Under the pieces are notes generated by a model. It did not search any database. It saw only the letters and a program-made list of their open reading frames with translations, and was not told where the DNA came from. This document shows positions 18,534 to 29,044 of a DNA stretch of 64,000 nt, piece by piece (position 1 is the stretch's first letter; every line of letters starts with the position of its first letter). Both the position numbers and the translations under genes were made by a program. The stretch comes from an uncultured delta proteobacterium (GTDB lineage: Bacteria > Desulfobacterota > Binatia > Binatales > Binataceae): NCBI GenBank assembly GCA_963808235.1, contig CAWEEQ010000004.1, positions 3,680,001 through 3,744,000 on the forward strand, in the 5' to 3' direction.

Positions 18534-19358
18534 CTAATCTCTGCGTTTCGCGCCCTGCAGGATGTCGAACGGGGAGCGGCTCTTCTCACGTTTCAGCAGG
18601 ACGTAGGTCGCGCCGGCGCCGCCGTCGGCGGGGCGCGCGCTGGTGAATGCCAGCACGTGACCTCCGATTGCGCCGTGCGAGAGCCATCCCGCCGACGCAT
18701 GCTTGAGCACCGAGTGGCCGCCCGGCGATCGGAGTCCCCGTCCATGCACGACTAGCACCGTGCGCAGGCCCTTGCGCACCGACGCGAGGATGAACTCTTT
18801 CAGCGCTTCTTTGGCGTCGCCCTGGATGAGCCCGTGCATATCGAAATGCGCCTGCACCGCGAACTTGCCGCGGCGAAGTTCCGACACCAGCCGCGGGTCA
18901 AGGCCGACCCGATATCCCTCGACGTATTCGTCGGATTCCGTGATATCGAACGGCGCCTGCCCCGACACCAGGTCCGAGAGCAGTGCGATCACTTCCGCAT
19001 CTTCGTTGACGATGGTGTGGGTCGTGCGCGGCTCGACCGGGGTGCGAATCCGCCGATCGCCGTTTAAGGGTCGCACTCCCTCCAGCGCGCGCTGCAAAAT
19101 AGTCTCGTCATCGACGGCCTCGTCGCCGGGCAGTGCGTCGGATAGAACCTGCCGAGCTTGCGGAAGTCGATCCGCAACTTGATGCGCCGGCGCGGCAGCC
19201 TTGGGCGCGGCAGCCTTGGAATGGATCGGCGCCGCCTTCTTCGCGGCCTCCGCGAGCATCTTCTTGAGATCTTTGAATGGCGACGAAAAGCCTTCGCTCG
19301 GCGGCGCGGGCTTCGGAGGCGACGCTTTGGCGCCGCCATGCTTGCGTTTCTTTGCCAT
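18534..19358 (-). CDS. Smr/MutS2 domain endonuclease
   Basis: 'LRRG....A..DMHG', 'VLVVHGRGLRS', 'DGGAGA.YVLL'. Confidence 0.88.
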   Translation of the reverse strand: MAKKRKHGGAKASPPKPAPPSEGFSSPFKDLKKMLAEAAKKAAPIHSKAAAPKAAAPAHQVADRLPQARQVLSDALPGDEAVDDETILQRALEGVRPLNGDRRIRTPVEPRTTHTIVNEDAEVIALLSDLVSGQAPFDITESDEYVEGYRVGLDPRLVSELRRGKFAVQAHFDMHGLIQGDAKEALKEFILASVRKGLRTVLVVHGRGLRSPGGHSVLKHASAGWLSHGAIGGHVLAFTSARPADGGAGATYVLLKREKSRSPFDILQGAKRRD

Positions 19359-19527
19359 CGGGAGAAGTTAACCGATTCTGGTGAACCGGATCCGAATGTG
19401 CCCTCAAGTATTCGCCACGCTATCGCAAAAGAAAAGCGCACTCGAATTGGTGCGCATTTCGCGCGCATGGTCTAAGCTCTCGGCAAATGCGCCAATCGCA
19501 TCAACCGCCTGATGTGAGGATCCACCT

Positions 19528-22062
19528 ATGCGCCGCGTTCTCGTCATAGCTATCGCAGTTGTAGGAGCGATCGTGATCTTTATCGGCGCGGTCCTCTTCT
19601 ATGCCGCCGCCAACCTGAACTCGATCATCGCCGAGCGCCGGCAAACTATTCTGGACAAAGTGAGCGCATCGCTCGGACGCCCCGTTCATGCCGCCGACAT
19701 CAAGGCGTCTCTTGGATGGGGCATCATGGCCGACATAACCGGTGTTCAGGTCGGCGACGATCCCGCGATCTCGGACAAGCCGTTCATCGAGGCGAGCAAC
19801 GTCTACGCCAAGCTCCACCTGATACCGCTGCTGGCGCGGCAAATCGAAGTCGCCGAGGTGGTGCTCGACAAGCCGGTGATCAGAATCGTGCAGGGGCGCG
19901 ACGGAACCTACAACGTCTCGACCATCGGCAGGAACCGGCGCGAGCAAACTCGCGAGGCCGAGGCCAAGGGCCCGAAGACGCTCACCGAGACCGCCAAAGG
20001 CGGCTCGTCGGCGCTCGGCAGGTTGCAGGTGCGGGATTTCACAATCAATGACGGCACCGTGATCTACCAGGCGCCAGGCGCGCCGACCGGCGTGAGCATC
20101 AACGCGATCGACGTGGCGGTGCGGGATTTCGATTTCATATCGGCCTTCACCGTTGCCATCACCTTCGCCGCGGCGTCCGACAAGCAGAATTTCGATCTTT
20201 CGGCGACCGTCGGCCCGTTGATCAAAAACGGCGAGATCGACGTGGATGCGATTCCGCTGTCGGTCAAGGCGACCGTCGGCCCCATCCTGCTCTCTCAACT
20301 TAAGGAGGTCTCGATCCTGGCGAAATCGATTCCGCCCAAGCTCGCGATTGCCGACGGCGTAAGCTTCGAGGCATCGGCGGACGGCACAACGGGCGTTCTC
20401 AAGTTCAACGTGTCGAGCGATCTTGGTGCGAATGCGATCACGTTTGGCGACGCCTTCAACAAGCCCGCCGGTCTCCCGCTCAAGATATCCGCGCAAGGCG
20501 CGCGGACGGGATCCGCCGTCGGCGTGAGCCTTGCCAACGTGGCGCTCGACGACCTTGCGATGAAGGCGACTGATATCAAGGTCGGCGGGGGCACGACCTC
20601 GGCCCGCGTCGATACCAACAGTTTCGATCTCGCTTCGCTCGCCAAGGTTATTCCCGCGCTGGGCAAATACACCCTGTCCGGCAAATCCGAAATTCATAGC
20701 GACGTGACGATTGCGGATGGCAAGCCGTCGGCGCACGGGACCGTCTCGCTCGCGGATGTGGGCCTGTCCGAGCCCGATCAGAAAGCGCCGCCGCTGAGTC
20801 ATCTGAGCGGCAACGTGAAGCTGGCCGGCACCGGCGCCGACGTTGGTCCGCTAACGTTTAATCTCGGCGCGGCGCAGGCGACTTTGAGCTCCCAGGTCGA
20901 TCGGTTCCAGCCGTTGTCCGCGAGCTACAAGCTCAGCACGGCGTCGATTCATCCGGCGGACTTCGCGCCGTCGCGTCCGGCTGACGAGCAGGTGAACCAA
21001 CTGCTTGCGAAAGGCTCCGTGTCGATCCAGCCGATCGGCCCGATGGTGGACTCGCAGATCACGTCGGCATCGGGAAACCTCGCCAACGTCGCGTACCAGG
21101 ACTTGAACCTGTCGATATCGATCGAAGGAAAACGCGCGCGGGTCATTTCGCTCAAGCTGAAGGCGTTCTCGGGCGACATCGCCGCGACCGGGGAATCGCG
21201 GCTCGAGCCGGCGGCGCCGTTTAATGCCTCGATCAGTTTCACCAATCTAGACATCAAGCAGATGCTCGACGCGCAAAAGGCCAAGGCCGCGGGCACCCTG
21301 CGCGGCACGCTCGGCGGCAACATGAACGTCTCGGCCAGGGGTGGCAGCTTCGAGGATATGAAACCCACGATGAAGGGTGCGGGCAGGCTCGAGCTGACCA
21401 ACGGCAAGCTCATCGGCGTCAATATCGGCGGAGAGGCGCTGAAGAAAGTGCAGAACCTGCCCGCGATCGGCAACCTGGTTCCGGCCCCCGTCGTCCAGAA
21501 TCATCCCGAGCTGTTCAGCAATCCCGACACGGACATCCAGACCGCGAGCCTGAGCTACGTTCTCGCCGGCCCGCGAATTACCTCGCACGACATCAAGGTG
21601 CAGACCGTCGATTACAACCTGCTCGGCGATGGATGGTTCGACATGGACAAGAACATCGACATGGCGGCGCGGATCGTGCTCTCGCCGCAATTCAGCAAGG
21701 AGCTGATCGAGCAGAAGCAGCAGGTCTCGTTCGTTGCGAATCGCGACGGGCAAATCGACATCCCGCTGCAGATATCCGGGCAGTTGCCCAAGCCGAGCAT
21801 CCTGCCCGACGTTACCGAACTCGCGCAGCGGGCGGGACAGCACGCGGTCCAGGCGCAGGGTCAGAAGTACCTCGGCAAGGTCTTCGGCAAGAAGGGACTT
21901 CCGGGCGGCCTGGGTAAATTTTTCGGCACCGATTCGAGCGGAGGATCGGATAGCGGCGCCGGCGACGGAAGCGGATCGGCGGGCAGCGGCGGCGGCGCCC
22001 CAGCAGGCGGAGGATCAAATCCACCGCCGAACCCACTCGATCAGTTAAAGAAGTTGTTTTAG
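19528..22062 (+). CDS. AsmA family protein
   Basis: N-terminal TM anchor, 'LIPLL..QIEV.EV.L..P.I.I.....G..N', beta-rich body, C-terminal 'IPL.ISG.L..P'. Confidence 0.8.
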   Translation: MRRVLVIAIAVVGAIVIFIGAVLFYAAANLNSIIAERRQTILDKVSASLGRPVHAADIKASLGWGIMADITGVQVGDDPAISDKPFIEASNVYAKLHLIPLLARQIEVAEVVLDKPVIRIVQGRDGTYNVSTIGRNRREQTREAEAKGPKTLTETAKGGSSALGRLQVRDFTINDGTVIYQAPGAPTGVSINAIDVAVRDFDFISAFTVAITFAAASDKQNFDLSATVGPLIKNGEIDVDAIPLSVKATVGPILLSQLKEVSILAKSIPPKLAIADGVSFEASADGTTGVLKFNVSSDLGANAITFGDAFNKPAGLPLKISAQGARTGSAVGVSLANVALDDLAMKATDIKVGGGTTSARVDTNSFDLASLAKVIPALGKYTLSGKSEIHSDVTIADGKPSAHGTVSLADVGLSEPDQKAPPLSHLSGNVKLAGTGADVGPLTFNLGAAQATLSSQVDRFQPLSASYKLSTASIHPADFAPSRPADEQVNQLLAKGSVSIQPIGPMVDSQITSASGNLANVAYQDLNLSISIEGKRARVISLKLKAFSGDIAATGESRLEPAAPFNASISFTNLDIKQMLDAQKAKAAGTLRGTLGGNMNVSARGGSFEDMKPTMKGAGRLELTNGKLIGVNIGGEALKKVQNLPAIGNLVPAPVVQNHPELFSNPDTDIQTASLSYVLAGPRITSHDIKVQTVDYNLLGDGWFDMDKNIDMAARIVLSPQFSKELIEQKQQVSFVANRDGQIDIPLQISGQLPKPSILPDVTELAQRAGQHAVQAQGQKYLGKVFGKKGLPGGLGKFFGTDSSGGSDSGAGDGSGSAGSGGGAPAGGGSNPPPNPLDQLKKLF

Positions 22063-22067
22063 AAAAA

Positions 22068-22095
22068 TTGCCTCTCCCTGTTATGGGAGAGGCAA
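22068..22095. terminator. Bidirectional terminator between convergent genes
   Basis: TTGCCTCTCCC-tgttat-GGGAGAGGCAA, 11-bp stem with A/T flanks. Confidence 0.75.
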
Positions 22096-22103
22096 ATTTC
22101 AGA

Positions 22104-23294
22104 TCAGGATTGGGTGACCGGCTTGGCGATGATGGCTGGCGCCGGGGCGGATTTTGCCGCGTCGTTGTCGGATGCGGTCGCGCCGTCGCTCTTCGCGCTG
22201 TTCGCCTTCTGCCGTAACTGGATCAGCATCGTGCGCAGTTTGGCGGGATTCACCGGTTTCTTGAACAACGCGCCTTCCAGACCGCGGAGCCGCGAGCGCT
22301 TCAGGATGTGATCCTTGTCGTAGTAGTAGGCGGTCATCAGGATCACCGGCAGCGACGGCATCTCTTCCTTGACCTTCAGGTAGAAATCGTAGCCGTCCAT
22401 CTCGGGCATCACAACGTCGGAAATCACCGCATCCACCTTGACGTTGCGCAGGATTCCAAATGCTGCGGATGGGCGGGTCGCGCAGTTGACGACGCATCGC
22501 TCGGCGCGGAGCAGGTCGGCGAGCGAATTCACCACGGCGGTATCGTCGTCGAGCACCAGGATCGACATCCCATCGAGGGGCCGCGCGGCGCTCATGCGTT
22601 CGGCTTCTTGAGGACGCACGCGTCCTTTGTCGCCTTCGCGCGGCGCGAGATCCGCCATCCGCTTGCCGGCCAGATAGTCGCGGGTTTCGTACTCGCCGCG
22701 GCGGGTCATCTCGTCGAGGCGGCGGACGATGGCCTGCACGCGCTCGATCGAGGTTCGAATCGAGTCGAGACGCTCGTTCTCAACGACTTTTTCCGACTCG
22801 CTCAGCCGCTCCTGGACGCATCGCGAGAGCAAATCGATGTTGTTGGTGATCGATTCCAGCGGATTGTTGATTTCATGCGCGAGGCTGACTGCGATTTCGC
22901 CCGCGGTGGCGAGCTGTTGCGCGTGGCGCAGCCGGCGGATATCGCGCGCGAAGCCGATCGAACCGGCTTCCTTGCCGTCATCCTCGTGGATCAGCGAACC
23001 CGAAATCATCACCGGGATCAGCTCGCCCGCCTTGTTGCGGAAGACCGTCTCGAAGCTGGCGATGCGGCCTTTGTCCGACGAATCGCGCATCGCCTTCATC
23101 ACCCGGCGGGCTTCTTCAAGCGAGCTATAGATGCTGGAGCAGTTCTGGCCGATGATTTCTTCGGAGCTGTAGCCGAGGCTGGTTCGCGCGCCCTCGTTGT
23201 AATAATTCACGATGCCGTCGATATCTACGGCGATTACGATATCCGACGAGCTCTCTATAAGACGCTGAAGGTGTTTTTGATCGAGCGGCAACAT
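22104..23294 (-). CDS. PAS + HisKA + receiver protein lacking an evident HATPase domain
   Basis: PAS N-terminus, H-box 'LAHEINNPL', REC 'ILVLDDD...SDVVMPEMDG...MTAY...KKP'. Confidence 0.8.
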   Translation of the reverse strand: MLPLDQKHLQRLIESSSDIVIAVDIDGIVNYYNEGARTSLGYSSEEIIGQNCSSIYSSLEEARRVMKAMRDSSDKGRIASFETVFRNKAGELIPVMISGSLIHEDDGKEAGSIGFARDIRRLRHAQQLATAGEIAVSLAHEINNPLESITNNIDLLSRCVQERLSESEKVVENERLDSIRTSIERVQAIVRRLDEMTRRGEYETRDYLAGKRMADLAPREGDKGRVRPQEAERMSAARPLDGMSILVLDDDTAVVNSLADLLRAERCVVNCATRPSAAFGILRNVKVDAVISDVVMPEMDGYDFYLKVKEEMPSLPVILMTAYYYDKDHILKRSRLRGLEGALFKKPVNPAKLRTMLIQLRQKANSAKSDGATASDNDAAKSAPAPAIIAKPVTQS

Positions 23295-23334
23295 TATTTT
23301 TATTTATTTTTGTCCGTGTTTAAAATTCCGAGAC

Positions 23335-23751
23335 TTAATCCCCGCTGCGGAGCCGGAACTTCGGAATCGATACATCGTCACTCAGCTTTTCAAACATCAC
23401 CTCGACCGGCATCCCGCATTTAATCTCGTGCGGCTTGACGCCGATTAGGTTCGATACGAATTTGCATCCTTCCTCAAGTTCGACAACCACCACCGCGTAA
23501 GGAACCTCGGCGGCGAAACCGGGATGATAGACCTGATGCATAATATTAAAGCTAAACACTTTTCCGCGGCCCGTGACGGAGACCCAGCTCGACTTCGTCG
23601 AGTTGCACTTCGAGCATAGCTCGTAAGCGGGAAATCGCAGCATGCCGCAGCCGCCGCACTTCTGAACCATCAGGCGGCCAGCGCGAGCGCCGTCAAAAAA
23701 CTCCCGCATTTCGGGCGTAATTGCTGGAATTGGTTTACTGATTGACGGCAT
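23335..23751 (-). CDS. DUF35 Zn-ribbon/OB-fold protein
   Basis: 'CGGCG...FP....CSKC', 'PY.V..VELEEG'; adjacent to thiolase. Confidence 0.85.
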   Translation of the reverse strand: MPSISKPIPAITPEMREFFDGARAGRLMVQKCGGCGMLRFPAYELCSKCNSTKSSWVSVTGRGKVFSFNIMHQVYHPGFAAEVPYAVVVVELEEGCKFVSNLIGVKPHEIKCGMPVEVMFEKLSDDVSIPKFRLRSGD

Positions 23752-23807
23752 ATACAGGTTGACGTTCCGCGTTTTCACGCAACCGCGTGACAGGTCGCGA
23801 TTGGGGT

Positions 23808-24977
23808 TCAGGGATGCGAGCCAAGGACAAGTGTCGAATGGGTAGCAAGGATACCGCCGTTGCCGGAAACGAGTCCAACCTCGTGTTTAGGCACCTGTCG
23901 ACGGCCGCCATCGCCACGAATCTGGACGATCGCCTCGCTGACCGGGGTCATCCCCCACATATAGAAGGAGCTTAGCTGGCCGCCGCCGGTATTTACTGGA
24001 ATCGAGCCGCCGGGGCCGATTGCGCCGCCGGCAACGAACGGGCCGCCTTCGCCTTTTTCGCAGAAGCCGTAATCCTCGAGCGTGACCAACACCGTGAAGG
24101 TATAGCAATCGTAGATTTCGCAGAAATCCACGTCATTCAAGCTGATATCCGCCATCTTGAACGCGGTCGTTTTGGCGATCGGTGCGCCCGAGACCAGCGT
24201 TTCCATCGGGTCACCGCCGGGATGCCCCTGCGCCATCCCTAATATATAGACGGGCGGACGCTTAAGATTCTTCGCGCGCTCGGCCGACGTCACGATAACC
24301 GCCAGACCGCCGTTCGAGACGAGGCAGCAGTCGTACAGATGGAACGGCTCAACGACCCATCGTGAGGCATGGTAATCGGCTAGCGACATCGGGGTGTCGA
24401 AAAATTGGGCGTCGGGATTCGAGTTGGCCCACGCGCGCTCGGCGACGGCGACCGCACCAAGGTGATCGCTGGTGGTGCCGTAGCGATGCATATGGCGCTG
24501 GGCGACGAATGCATACTGAGCATTGACGCCGAACAGTCCGTAGTGGGCGTTGAGTCCCTGGGCATACCCGTAAGCGCTCGCGGAACCCTCGCCTTTGCCC
24601 TTGCTGGGCGATGGTGGACGAAGCGGAGCGTCGGCGAATACGCATGCGACGCACTCTGCCATGCCGGCCGCGATCGATTGCGCCGCATGCATGACCATCG
24701 CGGCCGCGGTCGCGCCGCCAAGATTCATCGTCGCGGTCAGACGGAGATTGCGCAGCCCCATCGCCTGCTGCAACGAGTACGACGCCATCGGATTGTTGAA
24801 CCAGGTGATACCGGGATTGACGAGCAGGCCGTCAAGGTCGGAGTGCTCGAGGCCGGCGTCGGCGAGGGCGAGGTTGACGGCCTCGGCAGCGAAGCCGGCC
24901 GGGCCGGGATGATCGAAGTTCTTGCCCATCCGGGTCTGTCCGAGCCCGGCGATCGCGCATTTTGCACGTAAGTCCAT
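23808..24977 (-). CDS. SCP2/lipid-transfer-type thiolase family protein
   Basis: 'DCCLVSNGG.A', 'EIYDCYT', 'LEDYGFC.KGEG', 'PVNTGGGQLS'. Confidence 0.85.
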   Translation of the reverse strand: MDLRAKCAIAGLGQTRMGKNFDHPGPAGFAAEAVNLALADAGLEHSDLDGLLVNPGITWFNNPMASYSLQQAMGLRNLRLTATMNLGGATAAAMVMHAAQSIAAGMAECVACVFADAPLRPPSPSKGKGEGSASAYGYAQGLNAHYGLFGVNAQYAFVAQRHMHRYGTTSDHLGAVAVAERAWANSNPDAQFFDTPMSLADYHASRWVVEPFHLYDCCLVSNGGLAVIVTSAERAKNLKRPPVYILGMAQGHPGGDPMETLVSGAPIAKTTAFKMADISLNDVDFCEIYDCYTFTVLVTLEDYGFCEKGEGGPFVAGGAIGPGGSIPVNTGGGQLSSFYMWGMTPVSEAIVQIRGDGGRRQVPKHEVGLVSGNGGILATHSTLVLGSHP

Positions 24978-25206
24978 AGCGGTTATTTCTTACGCTGTTT
25001 TGCAAGGGGCTTCCAGCGCCGGAACGAATGTTCATACCGCGCCGTCAGTCCGAGGAGGGCGTATCCAGATCAAATGCGGGAACGTCATAGAGGTACGATA
25101 TCGTGACTGCGGGGCTTGGTTTATCCTGTGGCAGTCTCGTATTCTAATTGGTCGGTTGCCAAGATCGGCAGCTTGAACCTACAATCAGCATTGGGAGATT
25201 TGCGAA

Positions 25207-26508
25207 ATGGCCGACCCGCTTAGCTTCGAGGCGCTCGCGAGCAGCGAATACGTGCTCTCCAGCGCGGAAAACTTCGTCCTTTACGTCCTGCTCGAAGCGG
25301 TGGCCCGCGGCAAAGGTGGCGGTGGCGGTACCCGCGTGCCACTAAACCTGGGCGTCGTTATCGACCGCTCGGGTTCGATGTACGATGAGCGGCGCCTCGA
25401 ATTCGTGGTCGAGGCCGTCAAGTTCCTGGCCGGCAATCTGAACAGCGATGACAAGGTCTCGATCGTCGTGTTCGCGGACTCGGCGCGAGTGATCCTGACC
25501 CCGGAGGCGTCGCGCGACAAGAGCGCTGTCATCAGGGCTCTCGACGATATCGATCAGCTCGAAATCGGCGGCGGCACGCAAATGGCACTCGGGATGAAGG
25601 CGGCGATCGACGAGGTCAAGAAAAATTTGAGCGGCGATCGGCTCAACCGCGTCCTGGTGCTGACCGACGGGCAGACCTACCAGGAGACGGCGTGTATCGA
25701 CCTGGTCGAGAAGAATCGCGATCAGATTTCGTTCTCGACCATGGGCGTCGGCGTGGAGTTCAACGAGAAGCTGCTGCAGCGGTTGGCGGAAGAATCGAAC
25801 GGCAAATATCATTTCATCGGCGATCCGGCCGAGATTCCCGGTATTTTCGAAGACGAGCTCGAAGGGCTGCGCTCGGTCACGCTGCGCAACGGGCGAATCG
25901 AAGTGACGCTGTCGCAGGGCGTCCAGGTGCGCGAGGCGTTTCGCGCGTCGCCGGAAATCTATGTGCTCGGCACTCCGCTCATTGGCGAGGATCGCAAGAT
26001 CGGCTACGAGATAGGCGACCTGCAGGCCGGAGTGCCCGGCTCGGTGCTGCTCACGCTGGTGCTTCCGCCGCGCAAGCCGGGACAGGTCCGAATCCTGCAA
26101 AGTAATTTTCACTACGAAGTTCCCGGCGCCGGCGAGGCGACCGCGACTTGCGATCTCGCAGTCGATTACACGCTCGATCGCACGCTCACCAGCAAGCGCA
26201 ACGGCCGGGTGATGAACCTGGTCGACCAGGTCTCGATCGCAAAGCTGCAGGCGAAAGCGGAAGAGGAACTCAAGGCGGGCAACGTCGATCGCGCGACGCG
26301 GCTACTCGGCAACGCGCTGCAGGGCACCCAGCGGATGGGCAACGTGAAGGCGACCCAGGCGCTGGCGGGCCTGATGGATCAAATCAAGAAGACCCAGACC
26401 CTGCAGACCAAGGCGGCAAAAACCACGCTGCTCCAGGCGCAGGCGGTGGTGCGCAAAACACAGATGCTCGATCCGGAAGCTTTGAAGGATTTTCAGAAGT
26501 CTGAATAA
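25207..26508 (+). CDS. vWA domain protein (YfbK/TerY-related)
   Basis: MIDAS 'VIDRSGSM', 'GGT', 'VLTDG'; helical C-terminus. Confidence 0.85.
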   Translation: MADPLSFEALASSEYVLSSAENFVLYVLLEAVARGKGGGGGTRVPLNLGVVIDRSGSMYDERRLEFVVEAVKFLAGNLNSDDKVSIVVFADSARVILTPEASRDKSAVIRALDDIDQLEIGGGTQMALGMKAAIDEVKKNLSGDRLNRVLVLTDGQTYQETACIDLVEKNRDQISFSTMGVGVEFNEKLLQRLAEESNGKYHFIGDPAEIPGIFEDELEGLRSVTLRNGRIEVTLSQGVQVREAFRASPEIYVLGTPLIGEDRKIGYEIGDLQAGVPGSVLLTLVLPPRKPGQVRILQSNFHYEVPGAGEATATCDLAVDYTLDRTLTSKRNGRVMNLVDQVSIAKLQAKAEEELKAGNVDRATRLLGNALQGTQRMGNVKATQALAGLMDQIKKTQTLQTKAAKTTLLQAQAVVRKTQMLDPEALKDFQKSE

Positions 26509-26564
26509 TGTATTTTGAGACTGGAACAACGGAACTGCCTACTCCCCAATCGAGGGCCTAGAAA

Positions 26565-27239
26565 ATGATCAAATGCGGCGAATGCGGCTACGAAAACATG
26601 GACGGACTTGATTACTGCGACGGATGCGGCGCGAAGCTCGCGGCCGCCGCGGGAGGCAGCTCCTCCGCTGGGACTGCCGCACCCGCGGCTCCCGCCGCAG
26701 AGAACAAGAGCGAGACTCCAGCTGAGCCGAGCGCGGAAAGTATCGACGCGAACGCGACTCCGTCGCTCGCCGCCGATGCGAAGCCCGACGGCGAAGCGCC
26801 GACCTCTGAAACTCCGACCGGAGATCTGAAGAAGGAAGCGGCGGAAGCACCTGCGGCGGCAAGCGCCGATGCGGCGGCGCCGTCGGCAGCACCGGCTGCG
26901 TTCAAGGCCAAGCTCTCGGTCGTTCGCGGCGGACGCAAGGGCCAGGAGTTCCCGCTCGAAGACGGCAACAACCTGATTGGGCGATGGGATCCGGAGACCG
27001 GATCGTTTCCCGAAGTGGATCTCGACGCCGACGATCCGGAGGCCAAGATTTCACGCAAGCATGCGCTGATACGAATCGATGGCGCCAAGATCACGATCGA
27101 GGATATCGGCAGCCTGAACGGCACCTACGTGAATCGTCAACCGCGCCTGTCGCCGGGCAGCCCAGCCGAGATCAAGTCGGGCGATGAGGTAATTATCGGG
27201 AAAACGTTCCTTAAGCTGGTGATCGAACCGATATCTTGA
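26565..27239 (+). CDS. Zn-ribbon + FHA domain protein
   Basis: 'CGECG.EN.....CDGCG', Ala/Pro linker, FHA 'IGR...ISRKHA...DIGSLNGT'. Confidence 0.88.
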   Translation: MIKCGECGYENMDGLDYCDGCGAKLAAAAGGSSSAGTAAPAAPAAENKSETPAEPSAESIDANATPSLAADAKPDGEAPTSETPTGDLKKEAAEAPAAASADAAAPSAAPAAFKAKLSVVRGGRKGQEFPLEDGNNLIGRWDPETGSFPEVDLDADDPEAKISRKHALIRIDGAKITIEDIGSLNGTYVNRQPRLSPGSPAEIKSGDEVIIGKTFLKLVIEPIS

Positions 27240-27313
27240 TCACCCTGCCCTTAAGCGCGCTCGAGAGTTTTGACCGCGTGCGCGGAAGTAATCGAGGGCT
27301 TTTGTAAATTTTT

Positions 27314-29038
27314 ATGAATGCGGGTGAGGAGCTCACCGAGGGCCATCTTCTCGACGGTCGCTACCGCGTCAAGAAGGTCCTTGGCGTGGGAGGGATGGGT
27401 CGCGTCTACCTGTCCAATGACACGCGGCTCGCAAACCGTCCGGTCGCGGTCAAAGAGATGATCGTCGGCGACGGAATCCAGGAGAAGAAAGCGATCGAGG
27501 ACTTCACCCGCGAGGCCAACGTGCTCGCGCGCCTGTCGCATCCGGGAATTCCGACTCTCATCGATCACTTTGCCGAGAACCAGCGCCAGTACCTGGTGAT
27601 GGAATTCGTCGCGGGCGGTGACCTGCAAGCGGTGCTCGACAAGCTCGGACCGGGCGGCAAGCTCGACGAGGACAAGGTCCTTCGATGGGCGCGGCAGATG
27701 CTCGAGGTGCTGGATTTTCTGCACGCGCAGAAGCCGCCGATTATTTATCGGGATCTGAAACCCGGCAACATCATGATCGACAAGGACGGCCGCGCGATGC
27801 TGATCGATTTCGGTATCGCGCGCTTTCTGCCGCCGGGCGGACGCGGCACCCAAATCGGCTCGGTCGGATACGCTCCGCCCGAACAGTACATGGGCAAAGT
27901 CGAGCCGCGCTCGGACCTCTACTCGCTGGCCGCCACCATGCATCATCTGCTGAGCGGACGCGACCCGCAGCTCGAGCCGCCATTCAGTTTTCCGCCGCTG
28001 CGCGGCCTCGCGCCCGAAGTTTCGGTCAAGACCGCCGAGGTCGTGATGCGCGCGCTCGAACAGGACATGACCAAGCGGCCGGGCGCGGCCAAAGAGATGC
28101 TGCGCGCGCTGCCGATACCGCCGCCGAAAGCCTCGGGGCAACTCGGCGCGAGCGCGGGCCTTGCGAACTCGCCGGAGCCGGTTTCCACGATGCCGACGGT
28201 GGTCTTTGACGGTGCTCGCGCGGAGCCAAAACGATCCTATTCAGGCACGCCAAGCGTATCGACGCCGTCGCGATCCAAAGCGCCGTCCTCGACGATGCCG
28301 ACGATCGTGCTCAGCGAGCCGGTCGCGGAGAAAGTCAAAAGTGGCGAAAGCCCGGCGGTGACCGCCGCCAGGATGGTCGGGCCGCAAATCAAGAAAGCGA
28401 TCGAACTTGGCGGCAGGGCGCGCGACCTGATCGAGCGGAGGCTCAAGTCACGCTTAGCCGCAATGAATTCCGGCGCCACACCGAGGGTCTCTTCGACCGC
28501 GAAAACCAGAGACTTGAAGCCGCTTAGCGGAGAGGCGTCATACGCCGCGCGGAGCGGATCGACGCAGGAATCTCCGCCGGCGAGCACGGCGCCGAAAAAA
28601 TGGTCGAGCGCGAAGTCCTCGCGCAACAACGCGCCCTTGAAAAGTTCGAGAGCAGACCGTCTGTTCGAGGAGATCAATTCCAACGGCCGCGACATCTCGA
28701 AGGCGCCGGCAAAGCTGGTGGCGCGCGGCGACGAAACCGAGTTCGGCATCTTCGGGATGCGGACTCTTATCGGGCGAACGCGAGACAGTAACGACGCCGG
28801 CGGCAGTGACAAACTCGATATCGACCTCAAGGGACTCGCGCGCGGCGCGGAGCGCGTATCGCGTCATCATGCGGAGATAATCAAACGCGGCGCGGATTAC
28901 TTTATCCGCGATTTAGGCAGCCTGAACGGCACCTACGTCGCGGGCCGCGGCAAGTTGGGTCGCGATCAACTCTACAAATTGAAGGATCGTGACCAAGTGG
29001 TGCTTGGTGGTGCTATATTGCAGTTTCGAAAAGGGTAG
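27314..29038 (+). CDS. Hanks-type Ser/Thr kinase with C-terminal FHA
   Basis: 'LGVGGMGRVY', 'AVKEM', 'YRDLKPGN', 'DFG', 'APPE'; FHA 'VSRHHA...DLGSLNGT'. Confidence 0.92.
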   Translation: MNAGEELTEGHLLDGRYRVKKVLGVGGMGRVYLSNDTRLANRPVAVKEMIVGDGIQEKKAIEDFTREANVLARLSHPGIPTLIDHFAENQRQYLVMEFVAGGDLQAVLDKLGPGGKLDEDKVLRWARQMLEVLDFLHAQKPPIIYRDLKPGNIMIDKDGRAMLIDFGIARFLPPGGRGTQIGSVGYAPPEQYMGKVEPRSDLYSLAATMHHLLSGRDPQLEPPFSFPPLRGLAPEVSVKTAEVVMRALEQDMTKRPGAAKEMLRALPIPPPKASGQLGASAGLANSPEPVSTMPTVVFDGARAEPKRSYSGTPSVSTPSRSKAPSSTMPTIVLSEPVAEKVKSGESPAVTAARMVGPQIKKAIELGGRARDLIERRLKSRLAAMNSGATPRVSSTAKTRDLKPLSGEASYAARSGSTQESPPASTAPKKWSSAKSSRNNAPLKSSRADRLFEEINSNGRDISKAPAKLVARGDETEFGIFGMRTLIGRTRDSNDAGGSDKLDIDLKGLARGAERVSRHHAEIIKRGADYFIRDLGSLNGTYVAGRGKLGRDQLYKLKDRDQVVLGGAILQFRKG

Positions 29039-29044
29039 CGGCGC

